Shown one piece after another: positions 1 to 14,567 of a DNA stretch of 64,000 nucleotides. Below the pieces are notes generated by a model. The model made no database searches. It had not been told where the DNA came from and was given only the letters and a program-made list of their open reading frames with translations. Every line of letters begins with the position of its first letter. Positions within the stretch are counted from its first letter, which is position 1. The position numbers were made by a program, and so were the translations under genes. The DNA is from Blasia pusilla (taxonomy: Eukaryota), in NCBI GenBank assembly GCA_050084515.1, contig CM114271.1:24118001-24182000 (forward strand). The letters are read 5' to 3'.

Positions 1-2969
1 CCAAGTTCTCAAACGCCATGGGCATCACTCTCCAAAATAACTCAACCCTCAGAGAACATGTTCGCATCCAAACATCAAGGTCATCAAGGTTCAACACCTC
101 ACCAACATCTCAACGAATGGCCGTAAGTAAATCTGGCTCTCAACCATAAAGCAACAAGTACGGTGAGAAAGACGCTAAGGATGCCTGCTTGGTGAATCTG
201 TTTCCCATCGCCAACCATGGCAACTAAAGGTCCCAATCTCCTGGGTGACCTCTCTACAAGCCATACTTGCGTAATCCTCTCTTCACCGTCTGCACAACTT
301 GCTCCGCTAGTCCATCCACCTCAGGATGATCTCGCGAAGTAGTACGATGGTCGATCAATGCCTGATCATGCAAGGCGTGAAACTCCCCGTGGAACCCTGT
401 ACCCTGGTCTGTCAACACCTCAGCATGTGCGTCATAGTAGCTCAACACTCGATCTAGGAAGTAGCTCAACACACGTGTCCATCTCAAGTGAGGAAGCCCA
501 ACGCTATTGTCCTTGTAAACGAAGAAGCACTAAGACTCCCTCACTTGCTTTGTCATGCAATGCATCCAACTCTATCCACTTCGAGAAGTGCTCGACCATC
601 ACCAACACATAACGACTATGATGCTCCGTCAAAGGCAAAGGTCCTACAAAATCCAAACTCCATCTATAACCTAAACCCATGATCTGAAGTGGATGCAACA
701 TTGGAGTCGCAGCATTGAACCATGCTCGGACTCAATCACACACCATGCATCTGGCAACAAACTATTGAACGTCAGTCTCCATGCCTCACCACCAATATTG
801 AATCTGGAGTAAGTTGTACGTCCGCTTCACTCCAAAATGACCCAACTCCTCATGGACATGACGCACCAAATGTGCACTCTACGAAGGATGAAGCACTACA
901 TGCACTCTACCATTCTCCCACACTCGCAGCACATATGTGCCATCCCACCGGAACCGTCTGGCTTGTTGTAGGATCCGATCCCGCTCTCTAGCATCCACTA
1001 TGCTCGCAACGCTACGAGTACGCAAGTACTCCAAGACCACTCTATCGTCGTGAATATCTTGGCCACCTTTCGTCTCCTTACCGGCCTCTGGATCTAAGGA
1101 CTCTTCATCAGACCTCGCCATCGAAATGTCAACAATCTGGCTCTCCATAGCCAACAAGCCCAAATAGGCTGACGGTTGTCATTCTGGCACCAACTCCTCA
1201 TCACTCTCACCATGCCAACGAGCTCCAGTCGGATCTCGCTAACTTGGGCATGGGTTACGCTCAAACCATTTGTATCTTGGTTGAGCATCCCAAGTCTATG
1301 CACCACATGGAGGTCATACTCCTGCAGTAAAAGAGCCCATCTTGCAAGCTTCCCTATAAGCTTTTCGGACTCCATCGACCACTTAAGTGGCTGATGATTA
1401 GTAATGATGGTAAAGGGATTGCCGAATAGATAACATCTAAGATGTACGATAATCCACATTGCAAAAAAGCACTCACCCTCATACGATCTATACTTCACCT
1501 CTGCAACGTTGTTCGAGCGACTAGCAAAAGCCAACATGAACTCTCTACCATCATCATCATGTTGGGTGAGGACGGCTCCAAGCCCCAACATGCTCCAATC
1601 GGTATGCAATTAGAAATGACGCCCCTTGATCAGTCTCCTCAATATGGGCGCGGACGTCAATTTGTCCTTGAGCATATGAAATGCTCTCTCTTGCTCATAT
1701 CCCCAGTGCCATTCCTGATCCACCTTGGTCATCAAGGTTAGCGGCTTCGCAATCGAACTGAAATCCTTAACGTACCATCAATAGAAGTTTGCCAATCCCA
1801 TGAATGCACGAACTCGACTCACATCTGTAGGGCGTGGAATGCGTGAATAGCCTCGACCTTCATCTGCTGCATATCAATACCACCAGGATATATCGTATGA
1901 CCCAAGTACTCAATGTGGTCGTAGAAGAACTTGCACTTGCCTTTATGTAGCTTCAGCCCATATAACTACAATCGTCGAAACACCCCCTCTAGATGTCGCT
2001 CATGCTCCTCAACTGTGGCGCTAAAGACTATGATGTCATCAATATAACACCAAGCAAAATCCATACATGTCAAGATCCTATCCATGACCCTCTCAAACTC
2101 AATCGGGGCATTCTTTAACGCGAATGGTAAGAACCGCCACTGGTACAAACAATCCTTCCCATGAGGATCAATGCCCCAAAATAGGCATCAGATGTCCTCC
2201 AATCTGATAGGCATTTGATGGTATCCGGCTTGCATATCCAATGAAGTGAAGACCTTTTGTATGCCCAATCGCATCAAAGATCTCCTCAAGGGTGGGCATG
2301 GCATACCTTTTGGACTTTGTCTGCCAATTGATAGGTCGGTAATCTCCACACATTCGCCTATCCGTCTAGTTGCCATACACATCCTTCTTGGCGCACTTGA
2401 TAGTGGCAGATGCATACTCTCCATGCGACATCTCCACTAGTCCTGCTCTAACCAAGTCCTAGCTCTTACTCTGAATCGGAGCCCTCTCCATGTCACTGTA
2501 CCTGTAGGGTCATCGGAAGATCGACGTGTCACTCGACAACTCAATGCAGATCCCTGGACCCTTCAGCGTACCCAAATCATGCATAGTAATGCAAAACAAC
2601 TCCTATAACTCCTAAGAAATTGGTGTATCCGGCGCCGTTCTCCTCCTGTCAACTTAGGGCCATATCTGGCTCCCAAGTCTCCATCGTGACTACGATAGGA
2701 CTCTCCGACGCGGGTGTCAATGGTTGCTATAGTGCAACCCCGTCTCGGACAATAGAACTCTCATCTCGACGTGCAGTATCCGGAACCACACTCGATGTTG
2801 TGACTATCATCTCCTGGCGTACCAGCAAAACATCCCAAGAAGTCCAAGGATGTCTCTTCTGATCACCCATGGTGTGTTGATCTCCTCAAGTCTCGCCCCC
2901 AGCCGCTGCCTCAACCGTCTCGGTAGACATGGGGCTCACCAACGTAACAGTTGTGATCTATCGCATCCT

Positions 2970-3940
2970 CAAGCAACGATGCTCAGCTACTCCTAAGCTG
3001 AAAATCCATGTCAAGAAGTTCAGGTCCATTGCGTGACCCAAGACATGACCTCGTGATGCCTCTTATAGTGACCGTACTGCCGTCACCCCTGTGGGGAATC
3101 CCATCGCTCGCTCTCGCTCATCGGCATTGGGATCCACCAAACTCTGTATTTGGTCATCCCAAACCAAACCTCCTTGAATGCATAGGAAGCGGGAGAACTC
3201 ACCAATGTGGGAAAGGTTTCCCGTGGCCTCCCAACCCTGTTGACTACAGTCAACGATGGTTGATCATCAAGCCTCACTGCCTATGATCGACGGCCAGGAT
3301 CCAATATAGAATCCACCAACAAATCGGAGGGGCGCTCCACTCTTGCATATGCCCTCCGTATAACCTCGTGTGGTACCAAGTTGGTCCACCAAAGATCCAG
3401 GCAATGTGCTCGTGAACCCACACTTGTCGCATCTAACAATACTACCGGGCCATTCCATGCGCGCACCTGATGTGCACTCATCACCACGCGGGACCTCGAA
3501 TTGCCCAAAGTTGGCACATTCTCCAAAATGTATGCTAGAGAACAAGACTTGTGCTCAAGTAAATGTCGCAAGATCCGCATCATTTCCCAAAATAACCTGG
3601 ACCGATTCTCAACTAACCCGCTACCTCGTCCAGCACTCGATTGGCCCTTACACGGCCAACCAGCAATGACCAAGTCTATGGTCCCTATCCACTCCAAGTC
3701 ATGCGCCACCACTAATGAAATGTCCCTCGGTAGGGAACTTTGGTAACCCTGAATGGCAGACGCAAACAACAAGTCGCTAAAACAAAGGCGTAACAACGCC
3801 ACATGATGAAGTGAAGTGCGCCTCGCAACATCATCAATCTCCACATATAGGTATTGCTGCACGCGCACTCCAGCGTGCAAAAGAGCAGCTAACCCACTGC
3901 TGATCCCTCCAAAGATATCCAACACCCGAATATCCTTCTT
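2970..3940 (-). pseudogene. DNMT3-like cytosine-5 methyltransferase domain of copy 1
   Basis: ORF 3281-4081: VLDIFGG (motif I), YVEID (II), IAGWPCKGQS (IV), ILENV (VI), AHC..WWTNL (VIII, frameshifted); downstream frame RERAMGFP and LGHAMD (IX/X). Confidence 0.9.
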
Positions 3941-6900
3941 TGGGATGCACCACACAATCCGGGTGGTGTCCAAAGGGATCATAGTAGCACTCTTGCCTAC
4001 TTGGGGTTCCTTTGACCTGTCACACTGTGGTGCAAACGTCTCGCTCCACACGGTTTGCACCACGCAAACGTCTCGCTCCACACGGTTTGCACATGCTCAG
4101 TGGCTAAGCGTCCAAGCTCCTCAGTCGAGCCCTAAACCGGCACCTCTCCTCCACATACTGATATGGCTACCATGACACTCCTCTCCATAGAAATGTTAGG
4201 TCATACACGCGCTAGGTGTCAGAGGTATGGTCATACACGCGCTAGCATCAGCAATAGGAGTTGTCGCACTCGCTTCTTTCATCGCCCTCCATGCCTGCAC
4301 ACCAACAACATCACCAACTCTCCAGGAACTCTGATCAGGACCCATCGATGGGGTCCTCATCGCCTCAGACAACGTGAAAGACTCAGGAAGCCTAGTCTAT
4401 TTCTTGGCTTCCCCTCGCTGTGGATCCAATTCTGCGGCTGCTCCACATGTCACAGCTGCGGCGGCCTCCATCTGGGCAACCCCGCACATCCAACCAGGAT
4501 CCTCCATATCTCTCGATGCTCCATATGATGTCGATGCCATGGATCCGGCATCGGGTAATCTTAATGCCATAGCAACAATTTGCTCCTGCATCTGATGTAT
4601 GTGAGCAGCCATCCTAGCCTCACGCCCGATGTCTCCCTCGACGCCTCTAGGTGGTGGGACTCTATCTCCTCCACGGGCAGCTCCACCACCCTGTTGGGCA
4701 ACTCCAGCTCCTTGTCCCCAAACGGGACCACCTGGCGTACGACCTCTACGCCCACCCGGACCGGCTACTCGCTCTGGTGGCTTCTCTCGACCTCGGTCCG
4801 GATGTAACTGAGGATGTAAACTCAAACACCTAGCGTGTGTATGACCATACCTCTCTCAATAGTCACATTGATAACCTCCTGGTGCTGCACCATCTCCTCC
4901 TCCATGGTGAGGCACACGTCCATGATCCTGACAAGTGCAATCACGCTGATGATGGGCTCCATCACATGACCAACAAGTAATCGTAGGTGGATGTTGTTGA
5001 GCCGTATATGAAGGCGCAAGTCTTTGTGGCAGGGCCTCCCAATATCCTCCCTGGGCTTGTGGTGCCACAATCAACCTATCTCGGAGTCCACGTTGTTGCA
5101 CAGGTGGTGTAGACAATCGTGACTGCTCTCGCCCAAAACCCATGGTGGCTATGCTCTGCTCCACCATGTTGCGTTCAATGTTCTCGATGGTCCTAAAAAC
5201 ATCTCTCAACGCAGGGTAGGTGTTCATAAGAAGCATTCCCTCCCGCACCCGTGTGCGTAGGGTCCAGTGCAACATCGCGTACCATGACTGGATAGCGTGA
5301 ACTTCTGTCACCCCATGAGTGACGTTGATCAACCGGTGCAAGCGAGTGTAAGCCTCTCCCAAACTCTCACTCGAGCGCCTCTGAAAGTCGTGAATACTTC
5401 ACAACTTCTCCATCTGTACCCCCTGGTAGCTCGCCCTCAACTTAGCGAAGAACTCAACCACGAGGTTGAATCTAGGACGAACCTGACTAGATGGTGCAAC
5501 TGCTCCAATGCGAGTGACCCCTCCTAAAACATCACAAGTGGAAGAGGAAGTACCCTCTCTTGACTCCTCCTCCTCATCTGGGACATAATGTGGGTTGTAG
5601 TAGAGTCGTCATGCCTCAATCTCCTGGGCATATCTGTGGGAGAACTCATGGTAATCGTCCATGGGCGCCCCCTCTAATTGCATGGAACATACCGTTCCAT
5701 GCTGTAAACGGGTTGAACTCTTTAGAGTTCCTAGCCCGTTGTGAATCACACCAACTCCTTAACTCCGCAAAGAAGTCGTGTAGCTCTATAGTGCCTACTG
5801 CATCCAAAAACCTACGCGGTCCTCTACCCCGATTGTCCATCTCATATGCCCAACTAGTAGGACCACTCAATGTGTACGGTGGATGAATAACGCACTCCTC
5901 TATACGCTCCCTCGTCTGAAGATGACACATAAGGAGATCGAGGTGGTCTCTCACATGGAGACCCTCGAAACCTCGCATCACTCCGGGTAAACCCTCTAGA
6001 GCTACTCTCAGGTCCACTGCCTCGCCTTTCAAAATCTAAAAAAGACGCCGTAATGGCCCTCGTGCCCCTCTCACACGATCACTCTCAATCTTGTGAGTAA
6101 TCCCTCAATCACTCAAACTAAACATGCAGCACTCAATCTAATTTCTCTCATTGAGATGTGTGTTGTGCGGCAACAAGCAACGTGGTGCGGCAAATCAACC
6201 GATCTATCGTCTCATCGACAAACCATCCTCAACTCTGGACATCCCATACAGTTCTATGTCTCCTAAACCCATACATCATCGATGCTCCTAGCAACAGCAT
6301 GAAATCCAATATCCCAAATAACTTCCCAATATCCAAAAATCCCTCACACGTATAGGGTAAGTGACCAGAATGGGTAGCATGACAACAATGTTGATGTCAC
6401 TCCTCGGCAATTGCAAATCTTCATCCCAACTTGGTTGTGAAGACAACTCCTCCAATCAGCAAGTCGTACTCCTCTCATACTGACGCTACTCAAACCTCCT
6501 CGATGTGCGATGCAGGTTCAACGGTCCGGTGCAGATCTGGCGGCATGGAACGGCTACAAATGGCACGGCACTCGGCGGCATACCCTGCTCAATCATCAAT
6601 TCATATGCTCTGCACCTTAGCGAAGGAGCCACTCCGCGATCACGAGAGTGCGGTGCGGCCACAAGCGGCACAATGCTGAAATCGATGGCGCATTGCGGCT
6701 ATGGGCGTCACAGCACAATACTCGATCATCATCGAGCGGCTATCAATCCCAACATAGCAACATGAAATAAAAAATCAAATACCATAGCCTGAGGTCACCT
6801 GCCATCACTTGTTGATGACAAAATTGTGATGAAGATGGCTACAAAACCAAAGTACGTGGTGGCGCAAATCAAAGAATCAACGGTGGTTGTAACTCCACTC

Positions 6901-7637
6901 CGTAATGGCGGCAATGGCAACCAAAGGTTGGACAATGGTCGAACGCGACTCTAAGCACCGCTAAGCAACTACAGCGGTGGACCGTGGACCGTGGACCATT
7001 GATGGTGACAATTGACCATTGACCATCGATGGTGATGGTTGACCATTGACGATGGACCGTTGACGGTCACTATGACGGCGACGGCTGGTTTAGGGTTTGA
7101 ACAATTTAATCCTACCAATTGCCTAGAAATGGAAGTTTTGCAAGATTGACCATTACTTTTTGCTCGCAACTCCAAATTGCGCACCGTTTGTTGCGTAGCG
7201 TGCACAGCTTTGTGATCTACAATAAATCCAAAATATATTTGGGATCGAACATTCTAGTAACAATTGACAGGGACTTTTGTAAAACCCAATGTCTCTTTCT
7301 CCTACACAAAATTTGGCAGCACTTCCGTGCTGATTATTTCCAACGAAAATGTAATACATATGAGAACACAAATCAGAAGGCTAAATGGTGCTCTTGAGAG
7401 CCTCGGCATAGGGCAACCCACCCCCATACTCAATCCCTAACAAAAATTGGGCAGCGCTTGCGCGCGTCACTCTTCTACACAACAAATCGACAAAGGAAAC
7501 ATCACAAGTAAGCACCTCTTGCTCCGGTGAGCACTCCCATGAACCGCTGACAAGGAATACAATCCCCAACCTGAAAAACCAGTGAGTGATCAGCGAGCTC
7601 CCCCATGAATCTCTCTCACTCACTCATTCTCTCTTTG

Positions 7638-8155
7638 TAAAATTAGATCCAATTTCTCTCACAACATCGTAGTTCTCACATGTGTGCAATCTCACATGTC
7701 TTTCTCAATGTCAAACCAAACCCACTCTCCTAATGAGAGGCTTGGGTTACACACACAAGGCAAGCAAGACCATAGCCCCGCCGCCTCATGCTAAGAGGTT
7801 CAACAAAGACAAAATTAGCTATGAAGGTCTCTCTTCTTGAGGTATACCCCTCCCCTCTCCCAAGCTCTTTCCATGGTAACCTATGCCCCCAAGTCATCTC
7901 CTTGGATCTTGACCTGATGTAGGAGGTCAAGGTCCACTTACCAAAAATATAAAATCGATCAAACACTCGAACTGGTATTTACCTAAAATAGTAAGTTCCT
8001 CAATATGGCTCCTAATGAGCCGAAACGAAGGGGAAACGTGCTCTCTCAGGTTTCTTGAGGCCTCAGTAGGTTATCCTTCACCTATTGATTTTTTCCTTTA
8101 CTGCTCACAAAGGCGCTCTACTAGATCTCAATGATCTATCATAAAAGACGTGAAA
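7638..8155 (-). repeat. 5' terminal repeat X of copy 1
   Basis: Diverged homologue of 39927-40444 and 29252-29768 (taaaattagatccaat ... gatctatcataaaagacgtgaaa). Confidence 0.85.
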
Positions 8156-8159
8156 ATTT

Positions 8160-9000
8160 CCATTTCAAGCTGTTTGGATCTATAAAAGCTCCAGTTTGAA
8201 AATTGGGGGCAGTTGGAAATCCCGTACGGCAATATGGGGGATGATCTTTTGTTCCTCTGATAAAAAAAACATCTTGTTTGCAGGTATGTAATTGTTTGGT
8301 AGGGACATAATGATGCAACTTATTTACAGCATGGACATCACTGTCTCCTACTATAGTATTGTCACTCCCTTGCGGAATATAGCAACAAATCTCCGATGTG
8401 ACTTTATCAGCATCAGATTTTTCAATTCATAGTATTATATGACAATAGAGATTTCCGCGTCCCTATAATTCATACCAGATTTAATAGATGTGAATTTTCC
8501 CTAATATCCGTAATTCACCGAAAATAAAGTCACTAAGGAAAAAATTAGTCTTGTATGGAATAGAACATCACACTCAACGTGCGCATCTCTCCATGTAAAA
8601 GAGGGATTGATCCTTTGGATGACACACTCTATATCGTCAATTTCAGGCCATCTTGTTTCAGAAACCTCTTCAGAAGTAAGGGTAAAAAAGAAGTAAGGTA
8701 ATCCCCATTTATGAACCATTGCTTTAATGTCTCTTAAGTGCCTTTGGTGCCAAAAATGGCTTCTAGGAATGTTCGCACCTATATTCTATTTTGACAGTCT
8801 TGCATATAGCTCTTCATCAAGAAGCGTAGGGTTTCTTTTCTTGAGTTGGTCTAATTCACGGTTCAAGATATAGGATCGGCAGGTAGAAGCCAGTGCAATA
8901 GATTGTCAAAGTTGATGCATTGTAAGAGTATATAGCTTGTACAAAGTAAAAATACTAAACAACTATTTAGTGCGAGCCCAAATATAGTTTGTGAAGGATA
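8160..9000 (-). pseudogene. Helitron-like Rep (HUH) fragment
   Basis: Minus-strand translation SHFWHQRHLRDIKAMVHKWGLPYFFFTLT (Helitron GxPxxFxTxT motif) and WYEL*GRGNLYCHIIL resembling EFQxRGxxHxH; stops present. Confidence 0.75.
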
Positions 9001-9001
9001 A

Positions 9002-10128
9002 ATGGCTTGTAAACCTGGTGTTTCTCAACCACCAGGTTTTGAGACACCCGGATCAGAAGAGAAAGTTTGTTTACTTCATCGAGCATTGTCTGGGTTGAAG
9101 CAAGCCCCAAGGGTATGGTATCAACGAATAGATACATTCTTTCAAGAGAAGGGTCTCATCAAGAGTCCGTCAGAAGCAAATTTGTATGTGTTTCGCGAAG
9201 ATGGGATGTATATGTTGATAGTCCTGTATGTGGATGATCTGATCATCAAGGAGACCACAGTAAGAAAATAGAGGAAATGAAGGGAGTGTTGAAATGTCAG
9301 ATTTAGGTCTTATGCACTACTTTATAGGGTTGGAAATTTGGCAACAGTCAGATTCTATTTTTCTCTCTCAGCAGAAGTATGCTAGAGAAATCTTGAAGGC
9401 ATTCGGGATGATTGAGTGTAAGGCAGTGGTCTCGCCAATGGAGGTAGAGTTGAAACTCTCAATGGAGGATGTTTCACCATTGGTAGATAAAAAGTTGTAC
9501 AGAAAGCTTGTAGGCACTTTGACCAGACATTAGCTTCGCTGTGGGAGTGTTGAGTAGGTTCTCAACTAAGCCTCATGAGAACCATTGGAAGGTAGGGATG
9601 CGTGTGTTGAAGTACATCAAAGGCACTATCGAGTACGGCATCACCTATGGAACAGGGACGGAAATGACAGGTTTTTGTGACTTGGATTGGGCAGGAGATT
9701 CTCGAAGATCAGTTTCGGGTTATTGCTTCTTGGTAGGATCAGAAGTGGTGTCATGGGTCAGCAAGAAGCAACCTACAGTGGCTCTTTCTTCTACCGAGGC
9801 AGAGTACAAGGCGGCTTGTTATGCTTCTTGTGAAGCAGTATGGTTGAGATGGATATTGGAGGACATAGGAGAAGCATCTGAAAGTGCTACTGTAATATGG
9901 TGTGACAATCAGAGTTGCATTGCCATAGCACATAATCTTGTGTTTTATGCTCGTACGAAGCACATAGAGATCCAGTATCACTTTGTTTGTGAATTGATCG
10001 AGAGAGAGGTTTTGAAGTTAGTCTATTGTCCAATAGAGGATAACCGTGCAAACATCTTCACGAAAGCCTTGAGCGGAGATCAGCTTCACCGACATCTGAA
10101 GGGTCTTGGCATAGGTCCAAGACAGTAG
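9002..10128 (+). pseudogene. Ty1/Copia RT-RNaseH 3' fragment
   Basis: QPPGF, GLKQAPRVWY, LYVDD, MSDLG, DLDWAGD, SSTEAEY, DNQS, RTKHIEIQYHF, ANIFTK; frameshifted. Confidence 0.95.
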
Positions 10129-10157
10129 TCCACATGAGAGTGGATATTGAGGGAGGG

Positions 10158-10600
10158 TGTTGGATTCTCAACATCCACTCCTCTGACCACCATTAATCTC
10201 ATCGGCCCCCTTGTATGAGGAGAAGCCTAGATTGATGATTCCGACTTATACGTCGAAGGAGTCATAGTAATATGACGTAGGTGGTTTTAGGAGCAGCGTT
10301 ACTAGGTTTATCTAACCCTATATTGCATCAGGGTGCGGGGCATCCTGATGCAATATTTTTCTATTAATGCAAAATTTTTCTATTAATAGAAATGAAGAAA
10401 AGTAGGTAAAAACCCTAGTTTTCCCGAGTAGTCAAATAGTCGGGAGCCGCAGCGGTAGCGCATTCTCGTATGTCGAGTTATCTTCCAGTTCAGGTTCCAT
10501 CGAAGCTCTTCTGTGAGCGCACAGACGGACTAGGCTACTTTGTATCTCTAAGTTTTGTAAAGATTTTAGTGATTTCGTCACTTTATGTTTTCTCACAACT
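10158..10600 (+). repeat. Putative Copia 3' LTR (right end uncertain)
   Basis: Polypurine tract GAGGGAGGG (10149-10157) directly followed by TGTTGG, just after the RNaseH stop. Confidence 0.55.
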
Positions 10601-13600
10601 CATACTGGTCCTCTTTCCCCACCATATGATGAGAAGATACCACCAACCAGAGGTCCTGCTCTATTCCAATTTTACAATGATAGCACATTGTATTGGGGAC
10701 CTGTGATGCCAGAGTCACCAAATATACGAGAGTGTAGTTAATACGTTGTTTCTATGGTATATGACAATATTTCCACATTCACTACAGTAGATATATTCAC
10801 ATTTACACTACTGCTATATTTGTAGTAGCTTCAAGTTTCTTTGAACCACTGAGCTGGTTGGCTAAAGTAAACTAACACTCTTGCTGTAAATCACATTATA
10901 TTATTAATGCACTCTTCTTCTCAAATTCAGTGAAATAATCCCATTAACTAAATTGTTCATAAACACCTGCCCTATAAACTTGTACTACTTGATGATCCTT
11001 ATTTATGTGAAATAGAGTCTCACTTCTTTAGAAAACTTACCCATTAGGAAAATGTAATATTTTGTTTAGTCATTCAGGTCTACTAAGTAGTTTAAGCTTA
11101 TGCTCATTCATGTATATACCGTATTAAAAGTTTCCATTGTAATGTTGACATCTAGAAGGTGTGTTACTTATCCCATATCTATTTTTCAATAACTTTCTCT
11201 ACAACCAACTTACCATCGTGAGTGATGTCTTTACTAAACTCATGTACTCGTAGGTATATAGTACCTATATTTGTATGCAACATTTTATCATTATATTTCA
11301 TGTTTTTTAAAGATAGCACTACCTACCATTACATGTGTTACCATTAAAACTTATGATGCAAGTATCTACTATGAACAAGATAATAAGTGTGCACAAAGAT
11401 AGATCCAAAGGAATCGACTAGTGACTACCACACTCCAATGGCTGGCACTTTAGTTCGTGATGCATGTCATAAAAAACATAAGTTATTCAAGAGTCAGTCG
11501 CGCATACTACACGAACGGAAGTCAGATTTGCTCAGTTGATGTTGTACCAGTTTTCCTATTTGAGGCTGCCATGAAGAACATTGAAGTTGTTCAAAATCAA
11601 GTTGTTTGCGCTAAGGAGCATACATTTTTTTTGAGAGAAGGAATGCATTCTACTGGTGAAGATGACAGGCATCAGGTGGACAAGATAATAAGTGTGCACG
11701 GACAAATGAGAGACATCTTTGTTGAATTACATGTCCTTGCTCAACATTGTGTCAATCACTACCCTAATGACACACAATTACAGATGTACATTAAGCACTT
11801 GCAGAGCCTACTTGTTGAGAGATGATCCAATGACTTACAACCACACACTACATTTTGTTGAGTATGGTTGGTATAACATGCTCATACCTTTCTAGTGGGC
11901 TAAGCATGCTTTGATGACTATATATTGCACTCAGCTGTTGACATATTTTACATTCCATGTTTACAAATAGCCTTTATGTGCAGTTCACGGTTATCCACCT
12001 ATCAGTACTAAAATTTTTCATTGGCTCATACTAGAGTACATAGAAGACACCAAACGTTGTATTGAAACTATATATCGTATTCGTTTCAACATACTTGCAT
12101 TTTATATTATTTGTAGTGTATCAAATGCATTTTTCGTACTCAACAGCACTTATGACCACTTGTAGACTTTCATTTCAATGTGTGCATTTTACACCACAAG
12201 TCGACCCATCTATACAACTTACACAATATACTTAGTACATTTTATACACTGGCTTCCAATCTACGCTCACCACTTGTATATGTATTTTCAACTCATAATT
12301 ACAATTTTTATTCTACTTCCTATTTGTAAAATTTAGATGCACTGTCAGTTAGGCCAACTCCATTTCATTTTTGCATTGTGTATACTTGTTGCTCATAGAT
12401 GTTGGAAAGGTATATTTTTGGACCACAATATTCATGTATTCAGATTGCACCAATGTTTTAAATGGTATCAAAAAATTATGCAATTTGTAATGCAAATTCA
12501 TCTTTTGAGTGATTGATTATCCTTTGCGTTGCAATCGTGTAGAGTGTGCAACTTTAAGAACACGGATGCATGCCTTGCAGAAATATCGTCATTTTATTCT
12601 TCTTAGCAATCTTGAGAGGACCATACATCGATGTGAACAAATATGGAGTCAGTTTGAATTTTAAGAGTAGTTTCAGAAAATGTGGTATATCCGACAGCCA
12701 TAACAGCTGTACACTTATTTCCAATTCAAATTGTTTCTTACAATAACAGAGTTCAAAAAATTTGTTCGCCATCTGTGATTAATCAACTAGTGACTAGAGA
12801 CTTTGGCATGATCATTGTTCGTATAGTAAATGTTGAGTGAGTATTCAGATATCCATGCTGCTGCATGTACCCTTTGGCTCTGAATTGAAGTAAATGCTCA
12901 TCCTTGTCACAGGTTTTACAAAGACAATATCTTTTCATTTGAACTTTAAAATATGTCAAATTTCCAATTACGAGCCAGACTCATTAGACACAATAATGCC
13001 ATTTACAGACGGTTTGTTATACAAAGTAATGTCAATCAAAGTCGTGACCATAGTCTATGATTACATAGTACACAACAACCACCTCATCAATGCCAATATT
13101 AGTTGTGTGTATGCACCCGTTTAATTAATAACTTGCTACTTCTTTCATCACTTAAACGGCTAAGGTGCGTTAAGTTTTGTTTTTGCAGCTTGCCAAAAGT
13201 TCAGACCCTATGATTTTTCCCATGTCAATGCATTTTGTAATGTTGAGGCACGTGCACTTTTGGTGAAGTTCTTATCTATATGTCGGCATCTTTGAACCTA
13301 TATTGGCACAATAGTATTAACATCGGTATACTTTGACAAGAGTTTTGTATCTCTGGTTGTATTTGGAAAAAGCTAATAACACATTCTAACATTATTCAAT
13401 AACAAACTAGCAAATTGCACTCATCGATCCAATATATCAACTACACCGTCACACTATCATAGCCTACATTATTATAATAAGGTATTTCATCCTCATACCA
13501 ACTATAATCATCTACCGCGAGACCTTATGGCACTTCAAAAATGATTGCACTTTCTTTTTCCATAATTTTGTTATTAATCCTAACAACTAACCAATATTAC

Positions 13601-14567
13601 TTTCTCCATTTACACCAATTCTTATATGCGGAATCCAACCTTTCCGCTACAACATCCACCTCAATACATCTTCTTTACAACATTAAATATCCCATTCTCA
13701 CCCTTCTCACATGTACTTTCTCCAACACCCTCACAACGATTCCTTTCTACTATGTTCAATCCAACTTTTACATATTACCTACTCTACAAGATTTTACTTG
13801 AACCCACCACACAATTCCTTCTTTTTCCAAAATTATGTAATTGATCCTAAGTAATGCCCAATATTAATCTCTCAATTTATAACATACCATCACATGCACA
13901 AGACACCACCAAACTACAACACCCACTTCAATACATCTTCTTAACAAACATTAGCACTACCACTCTCACCACTTTCTCCAACAGCCTCACAACATTTCCT
14001 TTCTGCTTTATTCACTCCACCTTTTCTTTCATTACCTACTCTACAAAGATATACGTTTTGGCCGCATTGTTGTTAGGTGGTCCACGGAATCGCGCTCTTA
14101 GTTGTGACGCATCTTGAAACGAAGCGGGTGTAGTTTCAAGCCCTAGTATGAGGAGTACGGAGACGCGGCTGAGGGACGAGAGGGACCAATCGAAGGCTTG
14201 GGAGAGGTTTCCGGGAGGAGAGTGTAAGTGAAAGTCGGGTCACTGGAAATCATGTTCATTGTGGAGTAGTAGCGGTAAGCACTCGACCCATTGAGGCGGG
14301 GGACTATTCTACGCTGTGGACCGGGGCCGGTGTTAGAGGGATGTCGTCTCTGAATGACGAGAAGAATTGCGTGAGGGTTGCCTGCAAACGGAATCAGACG
14401 GGAGGCATGTTTGTATCGATCGTAGGTCTCGCGATTAGGCGTATATAGGTAGGAAAGGACGGAACAGAGACGGTCCGGGCTTACTGTTAGGTTTCCGGAG
14501 AGTCGCAAGTCTCAGAAAGGGCGGAGCCCGTGGAACGAAGTCACATTGAAGCAAGCGGTCTCTCATC

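Larger units (their letters stand above)
1..8155 (-). mobile_element. Ty3/Gypsy-type retrotransposon with C5-DNA methyltransferase domain, copy 1 (3' part outside window, decayed, protease region deleted)
   Basis: Minus-strand fragments of gag (CWSCDGAHHQRDC knuckle), DNMT, RT (MCGDYRPIN, PFALKNAP, YIDD), RNaseH (HTDWS..LARWALLLQEY) and integrase (WSLDFVGP, LTDQG); colinear with 29125-40444; many stops and frameshifts. Confidence 0.93.

Noticed and set aside
6990-7085. GACCGT/GACGGT short repeats in the Gypsy 5' UTR (also 39215-39345)
   Set aside because: Ordinary simple-repeat expansion in an untranslated leader
11457-11825. 122-aa ORF in AT-rich DNA
   Set aside because: No recognisable motif or splice context; probably part of a decayed repeat
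13640-14050. Degenerate ~260-bp direct duplication
   Set aside because: C/A/T-rich low-information sequence with no coding or terminal features
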